A DNA stretch of 64,000 nt from Podarcis tiliguerta (taxonomy: Eukaryota), in NCBI GenBank assembly GCA_965153285.1, contig OZ229119.1. The stretch is one strand, 5' to 3'. Shown here one piece after another: positions 1-13,890 of the stretch. The stretch's first letter is position 1; the number at the start of each line of letters is the position of its first letter. A program made the position numbers and the translations under genes. Under the pieces are notes generated by a model that saw only the letters and a list, made by a program, of their open reading frames with translations, did not search any database and was not told the DNA's origin.

Positions 1-71
1 AGGACCAGTGGTCAGGGATGATGGGAATTGTAGTCTCAAAACACCTGGAGGGCCGAGTTTGCCAATGCCTG
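1..71. mobile_element. Right half of a ~135-bp palindromic hAT-type MITE (cut by the window edge)
   Basis: Ends GAGTTTGCCAATGCCTG; matches the right half of the complete copy at 8129-8264. Confidence 0.8.
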
Positions 72-1019
72 GTGTTTTCCATCCTGAGCTCCTTTGGAAG
101 GAATTTAATAAATCAATAAAATCAATGAAGATCCAGAGTCACTTCTGTCAGTGACTTGTCAGTTCAAGAGATCAAGGTATGGAAGGAGTAGATCTTATAT
201 TCGGGGTCAAAAAGGTTATCTTTATCCAAGCCTTTGGAAAATCAAGCATATGGACCGGACTTCAATGTTCAGGCAACTGCTTCAGAACTTCTTCAACATC
301 TCATTCTGTAGTAGGTGAACTGCTGCAGAACCCCTGGAGATCTCTTGAAGTGAAGCTATAACGAAATCATTAGTTTCCTTAACAGTATTTCTCTTTCCTT
401 CATCTCATTTGAAAGACATGAAATCTATTCTTCTTTAGGCTTTCTACCATTTATTTTTTTGCTAAAGGATTTAAAGAATTATGCTCTCAAATCAATACTC
501 TTTTTTGAGCATCCTGCCAATAATGCATTCTTCTTTTATGAAGGAAGCGATCAAATCTGAACTCACAACGGAAAGACTCACCCAACCATCTTTGGGATTT
601 CTTTCAGGTGGTTAGCTCAGTCTTAAAATGCTCATTGTTGCCATTATAGGCGGTAGATTTTTAAATCAAAGAGTCCTAACAGGTCACTATGAGACCATTG
701 CAAATACTTGATCTCTATTCTCTTTCAAGTGTTGCTAGTATAAGGGATAATGATAATAAAAAAAAGATGGGAAACTAAGGGAGCTTGAGGATGTGCTTTT
801 AAAAATACTAAATCTAGCCATTTTCTGTTTTTCTCCATCATTAAAGAGTCACTTTATCAATAGTCCTAACCTGGGTAGGCTGGTTATTTCTTTTAGAATG
901 GCAGATTTCTTCATCAATGGAAGAATTCCTTCCATCAGAGGAACATCCCTTCCTTCAGAAAAAGTGAATCTTTGATCAAACCCATTATCTTCTGTAGCTG
1001 CAGATATGGAAGGGATCAA

Positions 1020-2100
1020 CCATGTGACCAGGTTCAAATGTGAGGCTCAGGAGTTGCATGCCCAGATGTGGTGTGCCCAATACCCCTTTGATGCTGTATA
1101 TGTAGAAACTGAAAGGACCACAGTACAATGTCACTTTAGTTCTAATTAGGCCACAACCTTTTTGATTACAGATGTAAGCAGGTTTTGGCTTAGGCATTGA
1201 GGATCTCCTGTATTAACCAGCCCGCCTGCTGGAAGATTTTAGGGAGATCAATCCTGATATAGGGTTGACCTATGACATGTATCAAACCATGACAGGATCA
1301 CCACCTTGGGGAGTGCTATGGCCCTTAGCCTTCTCCTGGGCATATGGACAGAAGCACCTCGCCCTAGGATTCCTTTAACTGGATACCCCATTTCCTTGGA
1401 GGATAAGACTTTAACTGCCCCCTTCTGTCCTTGACTAAAGATGATGAAGAAGAAGAGTTTGGATTTCATATCCCACTTTATCACTACCCGAAGGAGTCTC
1501 AAAGCAGCTAACAATCTCCTTTCCCTTCTTCCCCCTCAACAAACACTCTGTGAGGTGAGTGAGGCTGAGAGACTTCAGAGAAGTGTTACTAGCCCAAGGT
1601 CACCCAGCAGCTGCCTGTGGAGGAGCGGAGACGCGAACCCGGTTCCCCAGATTACGAGACTACCGCTCTTAACCACTACACCACACTGGCTCTCTTACTC
1701 AATGCCTTATTTACCAAAGTTGTGATGATTACTATGAGGTGGGGGGTGGGATCCAGACATGCCCAATTAGTCTGAATGAGAAATTCCTCCCTGGCCTTGA
1801 ATAATTCCATAGCAAGGCCATACTAAGGACACTACCCCTCTGTTGGGTGGGTGCTAGCCATGCAACAAGGGAGGGTGGGTGGAAAATCCAAAGGTCACTG
1901 CAATGCTGGGTGAGGAGGCAGGCCTAATTGAAGCCTGGGGAGCAGACCTGAGTGAAGACTCCAGCCTGAGTTGAAGTTAGCTCTGCCCTGCCTTCAGGCC
2001 TGCCTGTGATTGGCCAATTTTCAGGTGAGCCAAATTCAAATCCCCTTGACCAGCAAAAGAGAACATGACATCTCCCACTGGCCATTGAGACTCCATCTGA
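1020..2100 (-). repeat. Diverged LTR-like/Ngaro-DIRS-like dispersed repeat, copy 1 (interrupted by a SINE)
   Basis: Collinear similarity with ~25480-26100 and ~37370-38810 (TTTTGGCTTAGGCATTGAG, CCTGGGCAT.TGGA, CCTTTAAC.G, TTAC.CAATGC, AAATTCCT.CCTGG). Boundaries are approximate. Confidence 0.5.
1446..1690 (-). mobile_element. tRNA-derived, MIR/Ther1-core SINE (Squam3-type)
   Basis: Minus strand begins GCCAGTGTGGTGTAGTGGTTAAGAGC (A box), then a B-box-like GGTTCGCGTCTCC, a MIR-like core GGGTGACCTTGGGCTAGT and a (CTT)n tail. Confidence 0.85.
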
Positions 2101-2227
2101 GGAGCCTGACAATGGCAGCAGGGCAGCACCATGGCACAACTGTCACCTCACAAAGGATGGAGACAGGACATGCAACCCATTATCATGATTATCAAAGTTG
2201 ATGTCATTGGCTCTGAGAATTCTAGGC

Positions 2228-2561
2228 CAAGGGTCAGCAAACTTTTTCAGCAGGAGGCCGGTCCACTGTCCCTCAGACCTTGTGGGGGCCTGGACTATTT
2301 TTTTGGGGGGGGAGAGATGAATGAATTCCTATGCCCCACAAATAACCCAGAGATGCATTTTAAATAAAAGCAAACATTCCACTCATGTAAAAAAAAAAAC
2401 AAAAAACAGGCAGATCCCACAAATAACAAAGAGATGCATTTTATATAAAAGGACACATTCTACTCATGTAAAAACACACTGATTCCCAGACCGTCCGTGG
2501 GCCAGATTTAGAAGGCGATTGGGCCTGATCCGGCCCCCGGGCCTTAGTTTGCCTACCCATG
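2228..2561. mobile_element. Non-autonomous hAT transposon (MITE)
   Basis: Imperfect TIRs CAAGGGTCAGCAAAC / GTTTGCCTACCCATG, a perfect 8-bp TSD TTCTAGGC, and an internal ~80-bp tandem duplication. Same family as 44843-45564. Confidence 0.9.
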
Positions 2562-5500
2562 TTCTAGGCTGTCTGTGAAGTGTTCCCCAAATTAACTTTA
2601 GCAAATAAGCTAATTCAAATACACTTTATTGAATGCATGCTCCCAGGCACTATGTTGTTGCACCCTTCCTGCCTTGAAGCAGACTCAGGTCAGACGTTCT
2701 CTGCTAAATTATTGCAGCTACAAACACCATGGGAACTGTACGCAAAAGCTCTCTGTAACCTCCAGAGTCCACCTGCAAAATGGGTCAGATCCCCTGGAAC
2801 AGAACTAAATGTATCTAATCCTTAGGTTCAGTCTAATCCATTAAGATAAACCTCATTAGTACTAATCCCTTTTACTAATTACAAAAGTTCCTTAAAGCTT
2901 TAAGATTGCAATACAGATAGGAGGACATATTAATTATACCCATGTGACTTCATTTACCCACATGAAATCCACCAAATTGCTACTTTGGTCTAAAGCAAAA
3001 GATGATGAACCAAAATTAATAAGTATAAGAAGTCTACTAAACTAAATAATCTTAAATTAACACTGCAGTTATACTGACCATTGCTTTCAACATTAATAAA
3101 AAGCAACAGTGTTCTTGAATTCTGATGGCCATCAAGATTTAGATTACCTATAATTCTTGGGTGAGCTGAGAGTTTGTTTGGACTGTGGGTGAAAACCTGG
3201 AGGTTGAGAAGGAGAGTGTGTCAGAAGGAAAAGGAATTGGTATGAGTTTATATCTATTAGTAAATTTGTATTAATGTAGCATTTTTATATGTGACTATTT
3301 TTGTAATATTTTGTTTAAGTTATTTGATGTTGCTACCATTTTTTTGTACACCACTTGGAAGAATATATTTTTGTACACCGCTTTTTAATATATTAAGTGG
3401 TATAGAAATCAAATAATCAATTGCAGGCATTGAATTCTAGACCTTCTGGTACATCAAGCACTTTACCAATGAATGGTTTGCATGGCAGATCAGCACTGAA
3501 TGCCTTGCACTTCATTCTAGCCTCGCTGGAAAACCACATCATATACTTCTAATTTATGTTGCATTTATCATTCAGTCATTACAACTCTCTCATACAAATA
3601 AAATGTTAGATGTCTCTTGAAGGGGAGTGCGAATCATAGCACTGTCCTCCCAAAATAAAATTGATCTGTATTCATTTGTCTTCATAATTCATAGTAGTGA
3701 TTGGGGGAGTTCTTCATTTTTATTTTTCACAGTGTGAGAACAAATGGCTCATTAATTTTAAGCACATCAGTCTGCAATCCATGTCAGATAGAATAATGAC
3801 TGACATTATATAGAACACAATGGACTGAATGTACAAATATAATTTCCCTGCATTCATCCGTGTTTGCATAGGGAAAACTTTTAAGAACCAACTGATGAGA
3901 GAGGTGCGTAATTTAGCAGAGGCAGGAAGAGTGTGTGATGGGTACAGATATGGGAAATTCTGGGTAGAGTGGATGTTTTGTAAAAAGACATGGCTTGAAA
4001 TGTCCAAGACATTAGCATCTAGCAGAATGCCCACCATTTTGCTAGATATGTAGGTAGGTAGGTATGTAGGTAGATATGTAAACCCTTCTTACCTAACACA
4101 GAGAGCTCTGGAGATTCTATGGATGTCTGCATTCTCTGAATGTTTAAAGACACAGCGCACAATTGCATCCCTGCAGGATGCCTGCCACTGTAAGGACACT
4201 CCATCTTGTGTCAGACAGACTCAAAGGTGGAGAGTAGCCTTTGCTTTCACCACAGCAATGTTAATGGCAGGCATTCGGTTGTGACATCACTGAGTACCAA
4301 GCCACCTGTTATCTACAGACTCCTAGACTGGAGTGCTGAACTTGCCCACACTGGTGAACGATGGAGCTGGTGGAGTGGAATGGGGTGCTGCCAACTTGCA
4401 TGCATAGATAGATAAAGAGATTTGAGAATACATTGTACCATATCTGATCTAACAGGAATGGTCCTGTTCAGGGTTCTAGCTAGCAAGCCATACGCTTTTC
4501 CACTTACTTCCTTACCCACCTCCCCTTTCTCCAGATGACACTATTTCCTGGGTTGTTCTCTCTCTACACTCCCTCCCCAATCTATTTCTGCATACCTGCA
4601 TACCCCCCAAGCATGCCAATACTTTCTTCTCATTTCTCAACTGATATCAACAATGTTGGCAAAAAGAGGGAAATTTTGGATGGATATGCTAGACACTTTA
4701 ACACTCCATAACATCAGCCTAGAGGCAAGCCTTTCTGGACAGCCCATCATCAAAACTCTATAACTGCCAGGCTGGAAAGAGCATAATTTCATTTGTATCA
4801 GAGCAGCTCGTGAAGGCGGAAGCAAAAACATTTTTCAACGTCAAAAAATACTCCACTTTGTTAATCATAGCCACATGTATATTGTTTTCGTTACCACTCC
4901 AAGCTTGTGGGAAGTGTTGTTTGATATAACAAAGCTGTCATCCTATACCACCTGAAGTTGCTATTAGCGGAAGTGATGGGTTTGACCATATTCTTTGATT
5001 TGTATATATCCTTTATATAGAGGATATATAGTGGGATGGCCAACTAACATGGCCAGTTAATATATTCATGCAAGGGCTTTTGACCTAATGCTCACTAGTG
5101 GTGAGAAAGAATTGCATGGAAAGCACTATCTTATTAAATTGATATCATTAAATCAGTCGGATGAACTTATCCAAAAGAAGTGGTAGGCTTTCCATTTCCA
5201 ATGCTGTAGGGAGATCTTGGCCAAAATCCCGTATATAGTTAGACTGTTTAAATTCAGTTGAAGTCAATAGTAGTTAAGTGTCATCACTGTGCACAGGATG
5301 GTCGTTCTTGAGGGCATTTCTATCATTCCACCGCCACCAAATGAGCCTCTTAACTAACATAAGGCAAACCTTCCCCATTAATGTTTGATTGAGAATTCTA
5401 TGCTTTTCAAAAGTTTTCTATGACAATGTCAATGTACATTTATTAGGAGTGGAGCTTTGGAAGTCGTTGAATGATCTTGCAAGTGTTTGAGATTGCAGCT

Positions 5501-6073
5501 CCAGGAAAAAAAGTTGAGGGGTTGTAATACATTGAAATCCATTCTCCACATATTATGTCAATGACATTTCCGAAACTGCTGGAAATATAGCTATTTGGGT
5601 TGCCCTCCCACACCCACCCACTCCACTTGACCATTTTGTAGAATAACCATTCACAGGTTTGCATCATTTATGGGATGGAAAATGCTCAATGGCCCTGGAA
5701 TAATTGTATGCTACTTCTAAGATAAAAGGAATGTTTCCTTAAGATAAATGTGACATCCTTCGTATTTTTCTACCATCAATATTTGCTGCCCAAGTGAAGA
5801 AAGAAACTTTAATAAGCATGTGAGAGGGAATGTAAATAAGAATATTGCATGCATTTTCTTAATATACTCAGAGATATCATCCATGAAGCTGCTTAGTTAG
5901 CAAAATTCTATCAGTTTCCTGCATAAAAATGGCATTAAAAAGCTATAAAGGCAGCTGTTTTCAGGAAACTGAGTCTTTATAGTCCCAAGCTGAAGATACT
6001 CTTGCACATCCCAGCATTAATAGTCATGTTTTGTTACTTAATTTAGAGCAAGCAACAACATAATGTAGTGTGA

Positions 6074-6123
6074 CTAATGCAGCCTGACAGTAAAACATTG
6101 GCCGCCTCCCCAAAGTCCATCAC
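6074..6123 (-). CDS. Candidate terminal coding exon of the minus-strand gene (GDGLWGGGQCFTVRLH*)
   Basis: Strong acceptor tttccacattttccag; its phase 1 start matches the end of exon 8966-9017 and it reaches TAG. Not otherwise verified. Confidence 0.3.
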
Positions 6124-7152
6124 CTGGAAAATGTGGAAATCAAAGCAATTTTCTAAAAACAAAGGTTAAATAAATCAAACTTTCAAAAGGAGAACACAAG
6201 GAAAGATTTGCATTAAAAAATATTTATTCGATACTATCTTTGTTTTTAAGGATTTACTTTAGTCACTTTGAAATCAATCAATGGCATCAGATTCAGTGCC
6301 CAAGCCAAGTATGATGGCAAAATACTAATTGTCTGAGTCATCAGTGATTTGTACCCAGACAGCAATGGTGCACAAATGTCCTAGACTGGAAGCAGCCTCC
6401 CCAGAGCTGCAAAACTTTGAGTCTGTGATGGTATTGTTCTCCATATATAAATCTAAAACACCCAGAACACATCAACCTATATTAGCAAATCTTTATAATG
6501 TGGTTCGTGAAGGAGCAAAATTCAGTGTAATGCTTCTACACGTAAGGATTTTCTCATGTAGGTCAGAGTGTTCTGAGTGCTTTAGATTAATATATTGAAA
6601 ATAAGACCATCAAAGATTAATAGTTTTAGTGCTCTGGGGATGTTGCCTCCTACTCTACCAAGTGCCTGAGCTAATGTATCCCATAATTGATAGTGGAGTA
6701 CAACATAGGCATCATATGTTTTTAATTTCTCATCACTTAGGAAAATTGGGATTATGCAACAATATTGTTTATAAAATAGGTATTTAAAGCCAGAATGTGA
6801 CCTCGTCATTTCAGACTATTTAAATTTTATATTCTCAGCATCTAAATATGCTTTATCTCTAATCCGACATATTCTGATACTATAAAATCCCATTCTTTTT
6901 ACAAGGGGCATCAGAGTTTAAAGGGCCCCATGAGTAATTAAGACACTGCCAGAATTCTTTTGAAAGGTTATCCTTGTTAAACTACGACCTCCGGTATTAT
7001 TTTCACCAAAACCATTTTTAGAGCTTTACAAAATAAGATATAAAACAATGCACCATCATTTGCAATATAACATCAAAAACAGGAGAAAACTTGTTGTAAA
7101 TTAAAAGTGGTGTATATCAGAGTGAGAAAGTATAGATTGATGGCTGATTGAT

Positions 7153-7834
7153 TGTTCTGAACCCTTGGCCTACCTGGCAGCAAGTCAGTATGACAAGTCC
7201 AAAGTTCAAAGTCCGAGGGCTAATCCACATAAGCAAAGTCCAAAGATCAGAAAACTCAGTCCAGAGTTGACCCAAGTAGCCAAGTCTGAAGTCCAGCAGT
7301 CAGAATACAGTCCAGAGTCAAACCTGAAACACAGTCCTGTGGAGGTCCAGGAGCATCCAAGTCAAGGACCATCAACATGGTCAATGGAGCAAACACAACA
7401 GCTTAGCTCTGCATCACTTTTGTAATTTGCATGCTGATAGCAGAATCTGGGCTTGATGAGGCATGTGACCCTCACCTGTTCTCAGCCTACTCCAGCCGAG
7501 GAACCACACACCTCCTCCCAGAGCTAGCAAGTCCTACCTGGACAGCTAGTGAGTTGCGCTATGGGCTCTTGCCTGCCTCAGTCTCCCAGAACACCATTCC
7601 CACTGCTTTCTACATGTCAGAGGCTGTCATTCATGGATACAGGGGCCCCTCAGGCTCCAGCGATGGGTCCTGCCACTCTGGTTCCTGCACACTGGCCCCC
7701 ATCTCCTCTCCATCCTCCATCACCATGTGAGTACTTCCTTCCCCATCCCCTGCTTGTCCCAGTCCTGCCTACATCCCTCGCTGGGATCACCTTCCTCTTC
7801 TTCCTCCTTCCCTTCATCCTGCCAGTTCCTGACA
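7153..7834. mobile_element. Solo LTR (probably Gypsy-type)
   Basis: TG...CA termini with imperfect inverted ends (TGTTCTGAAC / GTTCCTGACA), near-TSD TTGAT/CTGAT, and an AAGTCC-rich internal sub-repeat. Confidence 0.6.
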
Positions 7835-7859
7835 CTGATTAAGACACTGATTAAGAAAC

Positions 7860-7975
7860 AGACAAATGAAGCTTCCAAATAATCATCAAGGGCAGACCCA
7901 TGTATAATACAGACATTACAATAATCCAGAAAGTCTTTTGCCAGAGCATGGGCCATTGTGGCCAGGCTATTTCTA
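7860..7975 (-). mobile_element. Degenerate L2-clade LINE RT fragment
   Basis: Minus translation contains LDYCN followed by a decayed LP..KL segment, as in the C-terminal part of L2 ORF2. Confidence 0.55.
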
Positions 7976-8128
7976 CAAAGGAACAGCCATAACTGATGAA
8001 CCAGTGCACACTACAAAAAGGCATTATTCACCACAGGTGCTACTTGAGTCTTAATCAACAAAGCTGGTTCCATCACATCAATGCATTGAATCCAGACTTG
8101 CCTTCCATGATCAGAAAAGCTTCTAGTG

Positions 8129-8264
8129 CAGGCATAGGCAAACTCATCCCTCCAGATGTTTTTGGCCCACAACTCCCATGATCCCTAGTTAACAGGACCA
8201 GTGGTCAGGGATGATGGAAATTGTAGTCCCAAAACATCTGAAGGGACGAGTTTGCCTGTTCCTG
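8129..8264. mobile_element. Palindromic hAT-type MITE
   Basis: TIRs CAGGCATAGGCAAACTC / GAGTTTGCCTGTTCCTG and an 8-bp TSD TTCTAGTG/TTCCAGTG. Older relatives lie near 11270-11400, 13090-13170, 30535-30665, 31830-31935, 34635-34750, 39590-39670, 47035-47160, 49280-49350 and 59975-60110. Confidence 0.85.
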
Positions 8265-8965
8265 TTCCAGTGTCCATGGAAGGCTTTTGAGCTAATGGAA
8301 GGAACCCATTGGTGGAGTAGGATTTCTACCTACCTACCCCTGCAGACCACCTTTAACACTGTTCCAGGATGTTGTCCATCTCCAGTGTGGCAGGTACTGC
8401 CGGGGGCTGAAGGGGTTGAGTGAAACCAGCAAAAGTTGCCCCCACCCTGCTGAGAGGATGCTTCCACCAATGACAGCAAAGGCTAGATCCAATCCAATAT
8501 AAATGCAGATGGAAGCCTTGCAGACTTTCCAGGTGGAAATGTGCTCACCAAATCACACAAAGAAAATAGCTCCTGCCTTGAGCATCACTTTTTAAGTTTA
8601 GACTTTTTCTCTGTTTAAGGTGAAAAATGAGATAAGCCGCACTGAAAGCAGGAGGTGAGAGTAGCACCCTTAATGTTCTCTGCTTTGTCTGTTGCTCAAA
8701 CATGTTAATGTGATGCTTCCTGAAAATATGGAAATTAATTTCCTAAATGATCCTTTTGCCTCTGCCAGAGCTGGAGTGGATAATTACTCTTTGGAGCCTT
8801 TCGTTTTTGTGAGATAATGCTAACAACTCTCTTGTGCAATATGATGTATCCGTACACTTCAGTCTCTTTCCCTTAAGTCAAGTACCTGACACATGGCCTA
8901 CGATGTTGCAAATCTCATCCAGGTCATTATTCCCATTAAACACCTCAAAATGCCACCTGCCTTAC

Positions 8966-9017
8966 CCAGGAGAAAAACTAGTGAAAGTTTCCCCTTGTAA
9001 ATATCTGCAGCAGCAAG
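8966..9017 (-). CDS. Internal exon H of the unidentified minus-strand gene (LAAADIYKGKLSLVFLL, phase 0->1)
   Basis: Acceptor tctctttctttttgtatatag, donor CTGG|gtaagg; in frame with exon 9201-9235. Confidence 0.65.
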
Positions 9018-9200
9018 CTATATACAAAAAGAAAGAGATCACCTTTTACAAGATACTCAAGTAAAAGCTGTTATTTATTTTGTTGCTATCTTGGATCTTC
9101 ACTGTAAGCACCAGGGACATCCAATAAAGATAGAGAACTGCAACGCAGAGTTGTCTGAGGCACATAAAACACCCAAAGGTGATAAATTTCATTGACTTAC

Positions 9201-9235
9201 CTGGCGCATTGGCCTGGCTGGTGACTGCAAATCCT
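9201..9235 (-). CDS. Internal exon G (EDLQSPARPMRQ, phase 1->0)
   Basis: Acceptor ...aacaacag, consensus donor CAG|gtaagt; phases match both neighbouring exons. Confidence 0.65.
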
Positions 9236-12200
9236 CTGTTGTTTATCAAATAAATAGCATGCCATTAGGCAAAAACATGCAAGCCAGCTCTGTAATTGCT
9301 CTTTTCAGCAGGTGGCATTGATATCTTAGAGACAACCTTTCCATCAGTACAGACCATGAGCATAAAGAGGTGGAGATATTTGCAGTAACACAGGAGAATC
9401 AAGCAAGTCCATTTCTGTTTGATTAGATTAGTAACAGGACCAACTATATGTATTCACCAAGTCTTCCGAGCACAGAACTCAATACTTAGTTCTGAAAGCA
9501 AAATTGGGGGTAGGATGGGGGAATACCTCAGTCTTTACTATTTATTTTAAAAGACAAAGTCACAAACTAGAATAACATAACTTATATTTTCTTTGTTTTT
9601 GAAAACCATTATTCCTTTTTTTGTATTTGTGTTCTACTCAGAAGTCCCACTGACTTCATTGACCTGTGTATAGCATTGAAACCTAATGAATGAGATGAAG
9701 GGTTGCATCCTACCACAAGACACAAAAAGACTTTTACTCAAGCCTGGTAAATGTCACTGATCTAAAAGTGACTGTGAATTTAATCACCAATACTGCTTCA
9801 TGTATATCTGCCTATTGGAAGCAAGCCACAGATCCAGTAGTTTTGGAATCTCACAGTGGTTTGGAATGCTACTGTTTGATCAACTTGGCACATATCAGAA
9901 GGAGGAGAAATAGATAACATGCACATAACTGTGTGGGCTTTCATACTGTTCCGGAATAACATATTTTATAATTTCATCCAACCATATATTATGTTTTCCT
10001 TATTATACTGGCTTTGCATACATAGTTGATATTTTCTACTTTTATTTTATTTCTTTACTTGAGATACATTACATTAAACTTGAATAGATGGCACACATTA
10101 AACTGTGTCTATATAACTAAAATCTAGTTCTAAGTTTGTAGTAGCTTTCTTTTCTTTTCATTCAAGGCTAGCATTCTCCTGAGCATGGATATTCCTTTTA
10201 TATTCTAATGAATTCTTCACATTGCACATCACTCTGTAAAGGTCAATGTGACAAATAATTAAAACTGCAATTATGCACAATGCACATTATAATTAGCTTT
10301 TTTCAAATAAATAAGAATGTGTCACAAAACACACACACATATATATATATATATGCAAAACAGAAATGTTCTGAGGGCTCCTTCTAATAATATTGTATGA
10401 CTGAAAGACAATTAGAGTTCTTTTTTAAATTCCATTCATAAATATAGCACTTTAAAAAAAACCAAACCACTGATGATTATCTAATATGTTTGTGCAATAC
10501 ACTTGTAAATATATAGGTAGAGAGATCTCAGGAATAAAGATACAAATATCTTTACCCCAATTGCGTCACCATAACAACTGAGTCTGGAGAAATAGTTAAT
10601 TAAGGAGTACCGGCAGGGAAATGCTGACCTCAGTTCACAGCTGGGAGTAGAAGACAGCAATAAGATGTAGCCATAGAAATATGTCACAAAACCCCACTAG
10701 CAAATAAGTAAGGTGCAGATGCCAGCAGTCATCAGAATTCCTAGGAACCAATGCAATTAAACAAGAGGCATCTCCCTAATAAATGTTGCCTTTATCAAGC
10801 AGGTTTTGTTGTGTTTTTAACGGAGGAGCCCCATCCTTGGGGATATTGTCTACACTTTTCCCCATCCGTCTCTGTCCAATGTTTCCCACTTCTCGAATTC
10901 ATCTGCAGTCATCTAATGATGATCTGCTGAAATCCCCCTGTGGCTTGCAAGCAATTAAAAGAGAATTAGAACAAATAGGTTTTTAGGGCAAGCTCAGTCA
11001 TCATGTCTCAGACTTAAAGCTGCCTTGGAGAGTATTTCTGATGCAGATGAGGCTTTTGTGGAGCTGGGTCAGGAGGACAGCCAGGGGAAGAAGGTGCTGC
11101 TAGCTGTCTGATGAAAAAGGATTTCATGCCTGTCTCATCCTGTGGGTTGAAACTTCTCAAAGAACGAACTAGAACCCTCAACTCCATCACTTCTCCAGTC
11201 ACCTAAGGCTGCTCGCACCCATCTGGCAGAGGATACAGAAGATGCTGGTTCTGATTTTTTTTAAGCTAAACTTACAGCCGGGACTGAGGCTTTGGACACC
11301 TACTGGACCTGGGCCACAACTGCCATCATCCATGGCTACGCTGGCTGAGGCTTATAGCACTTAGAGCCCAATCCCATCTACACAGGTTCCCTGTTCCTGG
11401 TTTAGGTGTTTAACTGAGCTCTGCCGCTTCTTCACCCTGCTTCACCCACCCTTAGCTGTTTGGACACTCGATCTCCCTGCTGCTGGACTCGCATCAAAGG
11501 CCAATCTTCTCAAGGCCTAGATGAACAACACCTCACAAGCATGCAACTTTGTTAGAACATAACATCAGCATGTTCTACTGAACTACAAAGCAAAACTGTA
11601 AAGGGCAAAGCAGTTGGCAAGCAGGAATGACAGGGCAGCCATGTGTCCTACTTCACAGAGGCAGTCCTTTGTTGTGAAAGCATGCCATCCAAGTGTGGGT
11701 AAAAGCTAAGGAAGAATAAAAAGGATGATCAGGGACCTTGAAATTGGCTATCAACCATGAACAGTACCAGATCAGCAGATCAAGCAGGTCCACAAGGCAC
11801 CTGGTGCCTCTCCCGCTATGGCAGGATGCATTGAATTTATATTTAAATTATAGTAATTATTTATTAATTTGCATAAACATTAACATATGCAGATGGATGT
11901 CCTCTCTTGTGATTTTGCAAATGCTCTCTTCTTTTTCCATGGCAAATTGGTAACCATAAACAAGGATGCAATCTAATTTTAGAAAACGGGAGCATAAGAA
12001 AATTTTTTCCCAGGGGGAAACACGTATGATAGATAACTGAATGCATGTTTATTGTGATGCAAGTACTTTATACGCTATTCTGCACCCCCTGTGCTTACGG
12101 CGGGGGTGGGGGTATAACAGGCATTTGCTTATAGACGAGCAGCTTTATTATGCTTTTTTTTAATTGCACTGGTGCTTGCTCCAAGAAAGAAGAAAAACAA

Positions 12201-12639
12201 TGCAAAGGCTGTCATTGGCCTGGAAGCAAACCCATCTGGTGAAGTCATGAATGACTGAGTTTAACAGCAGTACCTACTGCTAATCAGTTTTGCAGCCAAT
12301 TGAGAAAGCTAGTGAAAATTCATTGAAGAGACAAAAACCGACCTTAGCCTTTTGCAGAATGGTGGGCTGCTGAAGGTAAATATCAACCTTCCCACCACCA
12401 CCCATCACCCCACTATGCAAGACACTCTATTCACCCAGCCCTTTGGGTCAGCCTCCTGGGCCATGAAGTTCCACTGCCTATCAATAGTTTATTGGTCATT
12501 GTGTGTTGTTTCATTACTCTGCCGTTTCATTATGCATCACATTTTTGCAAGAGATTACTGAGATTACTTTTAGTAATGAAGAACAGGCAAGAACCATGTT
12601 TTGAATGAATGAATAGAATACCTATGTGATGAAAGTACA

Positions 12640-12866
12640 ACAGAGATTGTTTGAGAGCCTAAGAAAAGAGAGAAAGAGATTCTTTACGATTTCAAGTACA
12701 CTCTGTGTCAATTGTGTCAATATGATGGCCACTGAGTTGGGAAGAGTTTCATGCTGTTGCATTGATGGCCAGCTTGTGAGCTTCTTGCACATCAGCCACT
12801 GTGAGAACAGGATGCTAGACAGGATGAGCCCTTGGCCTGATCCAGAAGGTTCATCTTATGTTCTTA
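12640..12866 (+). mobile_element. Old CR1-type 3' fragment
   Basis: Decayed CR1-like 3' end (ATGGCCAC...GGCCTGATCCAG...) with a TCTTATGTTCTTA tail. Confidence 0.5.
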
Positions 12867-13890
12867 CCTTTTCACAGCCATAATGCATCTCTCTCTACTC
12901 TTTGCACTTAGTTTTCTCCCTTTAAGCCCAGCATATGCTTAGCAGAAAGCAAGAGGCTGATGGAACCAACATTGCAAAATACATTTAAACAGACAAACAG
13001 GAAACACAGTGCTCAAGTGATGGAAAGATAGTTGAATTCGCTGTGGGCAAATCTGAACCAGATTAGATAGGAATACATCTCCTGACTGTTCAGCTATAGA
13101 GCTTCAGTTCTTGGACTCTCAGGTCCCATCAACCCCCTGAAGCATGGTCAGTGTTAGGGATTATGTGAGCTTTATGCCTTCTTGATATGTTGACTGGCTG
13201 GTTTCTCCAAAATTGTGAAAGGATCCTCTGTTCTTTGCTCCCCACATTCACCTCCATTTCTCCTGACAGAAGGTTTGCATGGAACTTGGGGAGAAGGCAC
13301 CAGCAGCCTCACCAAACAGAGCCATTTGCTATTAAGAGCATTAATGGGATGTTGCTTTCCCAATGCTACCGTTTCCAATGAGAGAGGGAAAGACTACCTG
13401 GACTCTCCTTCTCCCCTTCCCTCAGAATATCCCACTGCTACTATTTCTGCCTTAATTATTATGAAGAGCAGCAATATTTTCTCTTACTCAAGTGAGGAAG
13501 TAGGAGAAGATTGCCAGGTCACTGACTGGCATGCTTATGCATCCAATCCCAGAAAAACATGCCAGCACTCAGACACCAGAGAGTATGGCTGGCTACCTGG
13601 ATTCCTTCTGCTACAGTCCAAGGGCCGCATTATGTTCTGGAAAACCTTCTGAAGGCCAGTTTTATATATTAAAAATCAATTTCAAATCCAATGTGGGTAC
13701 AGGGCTCTTCAATGTGACTTTTTTTTTAATGAACATTCATCCTGACCAAATGGTGCTAGCTGTTTATTGGGTGTTCATTCTGTTTGGTTGTGGGAAATGT
13801 GATATTGCATGAAAGGGCAATTTTCCAACACTTTCCTTCTATTTTGGGGAAGGAGGCATTCTGCACAAGATCTCTCAGCCATCTATAGTA

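Noticed and set aside
120-1000. Possible L1-like ORF1 relic on the minus strand
   Set aside because: The composition is suggestive, but no diagnostic motif could be read.
6074-9017. LVFLLGDGLWG at the junction of exon H and the candidate terminal exon, resembling PP2C (DGLWD) or HAD (GDG) motifs
   Set aside because: It depends on a low-confidence exon, and the other catalytic motifs of those families are not seen.
13215-13652. 145-aa + strand ORF and the many other 60-100 aa ORFs in the track
   Set aside because: Many use non-ATG starts and none shows domains or splice support. They are expected by chance or are antisense shadows of LINE ORFs.
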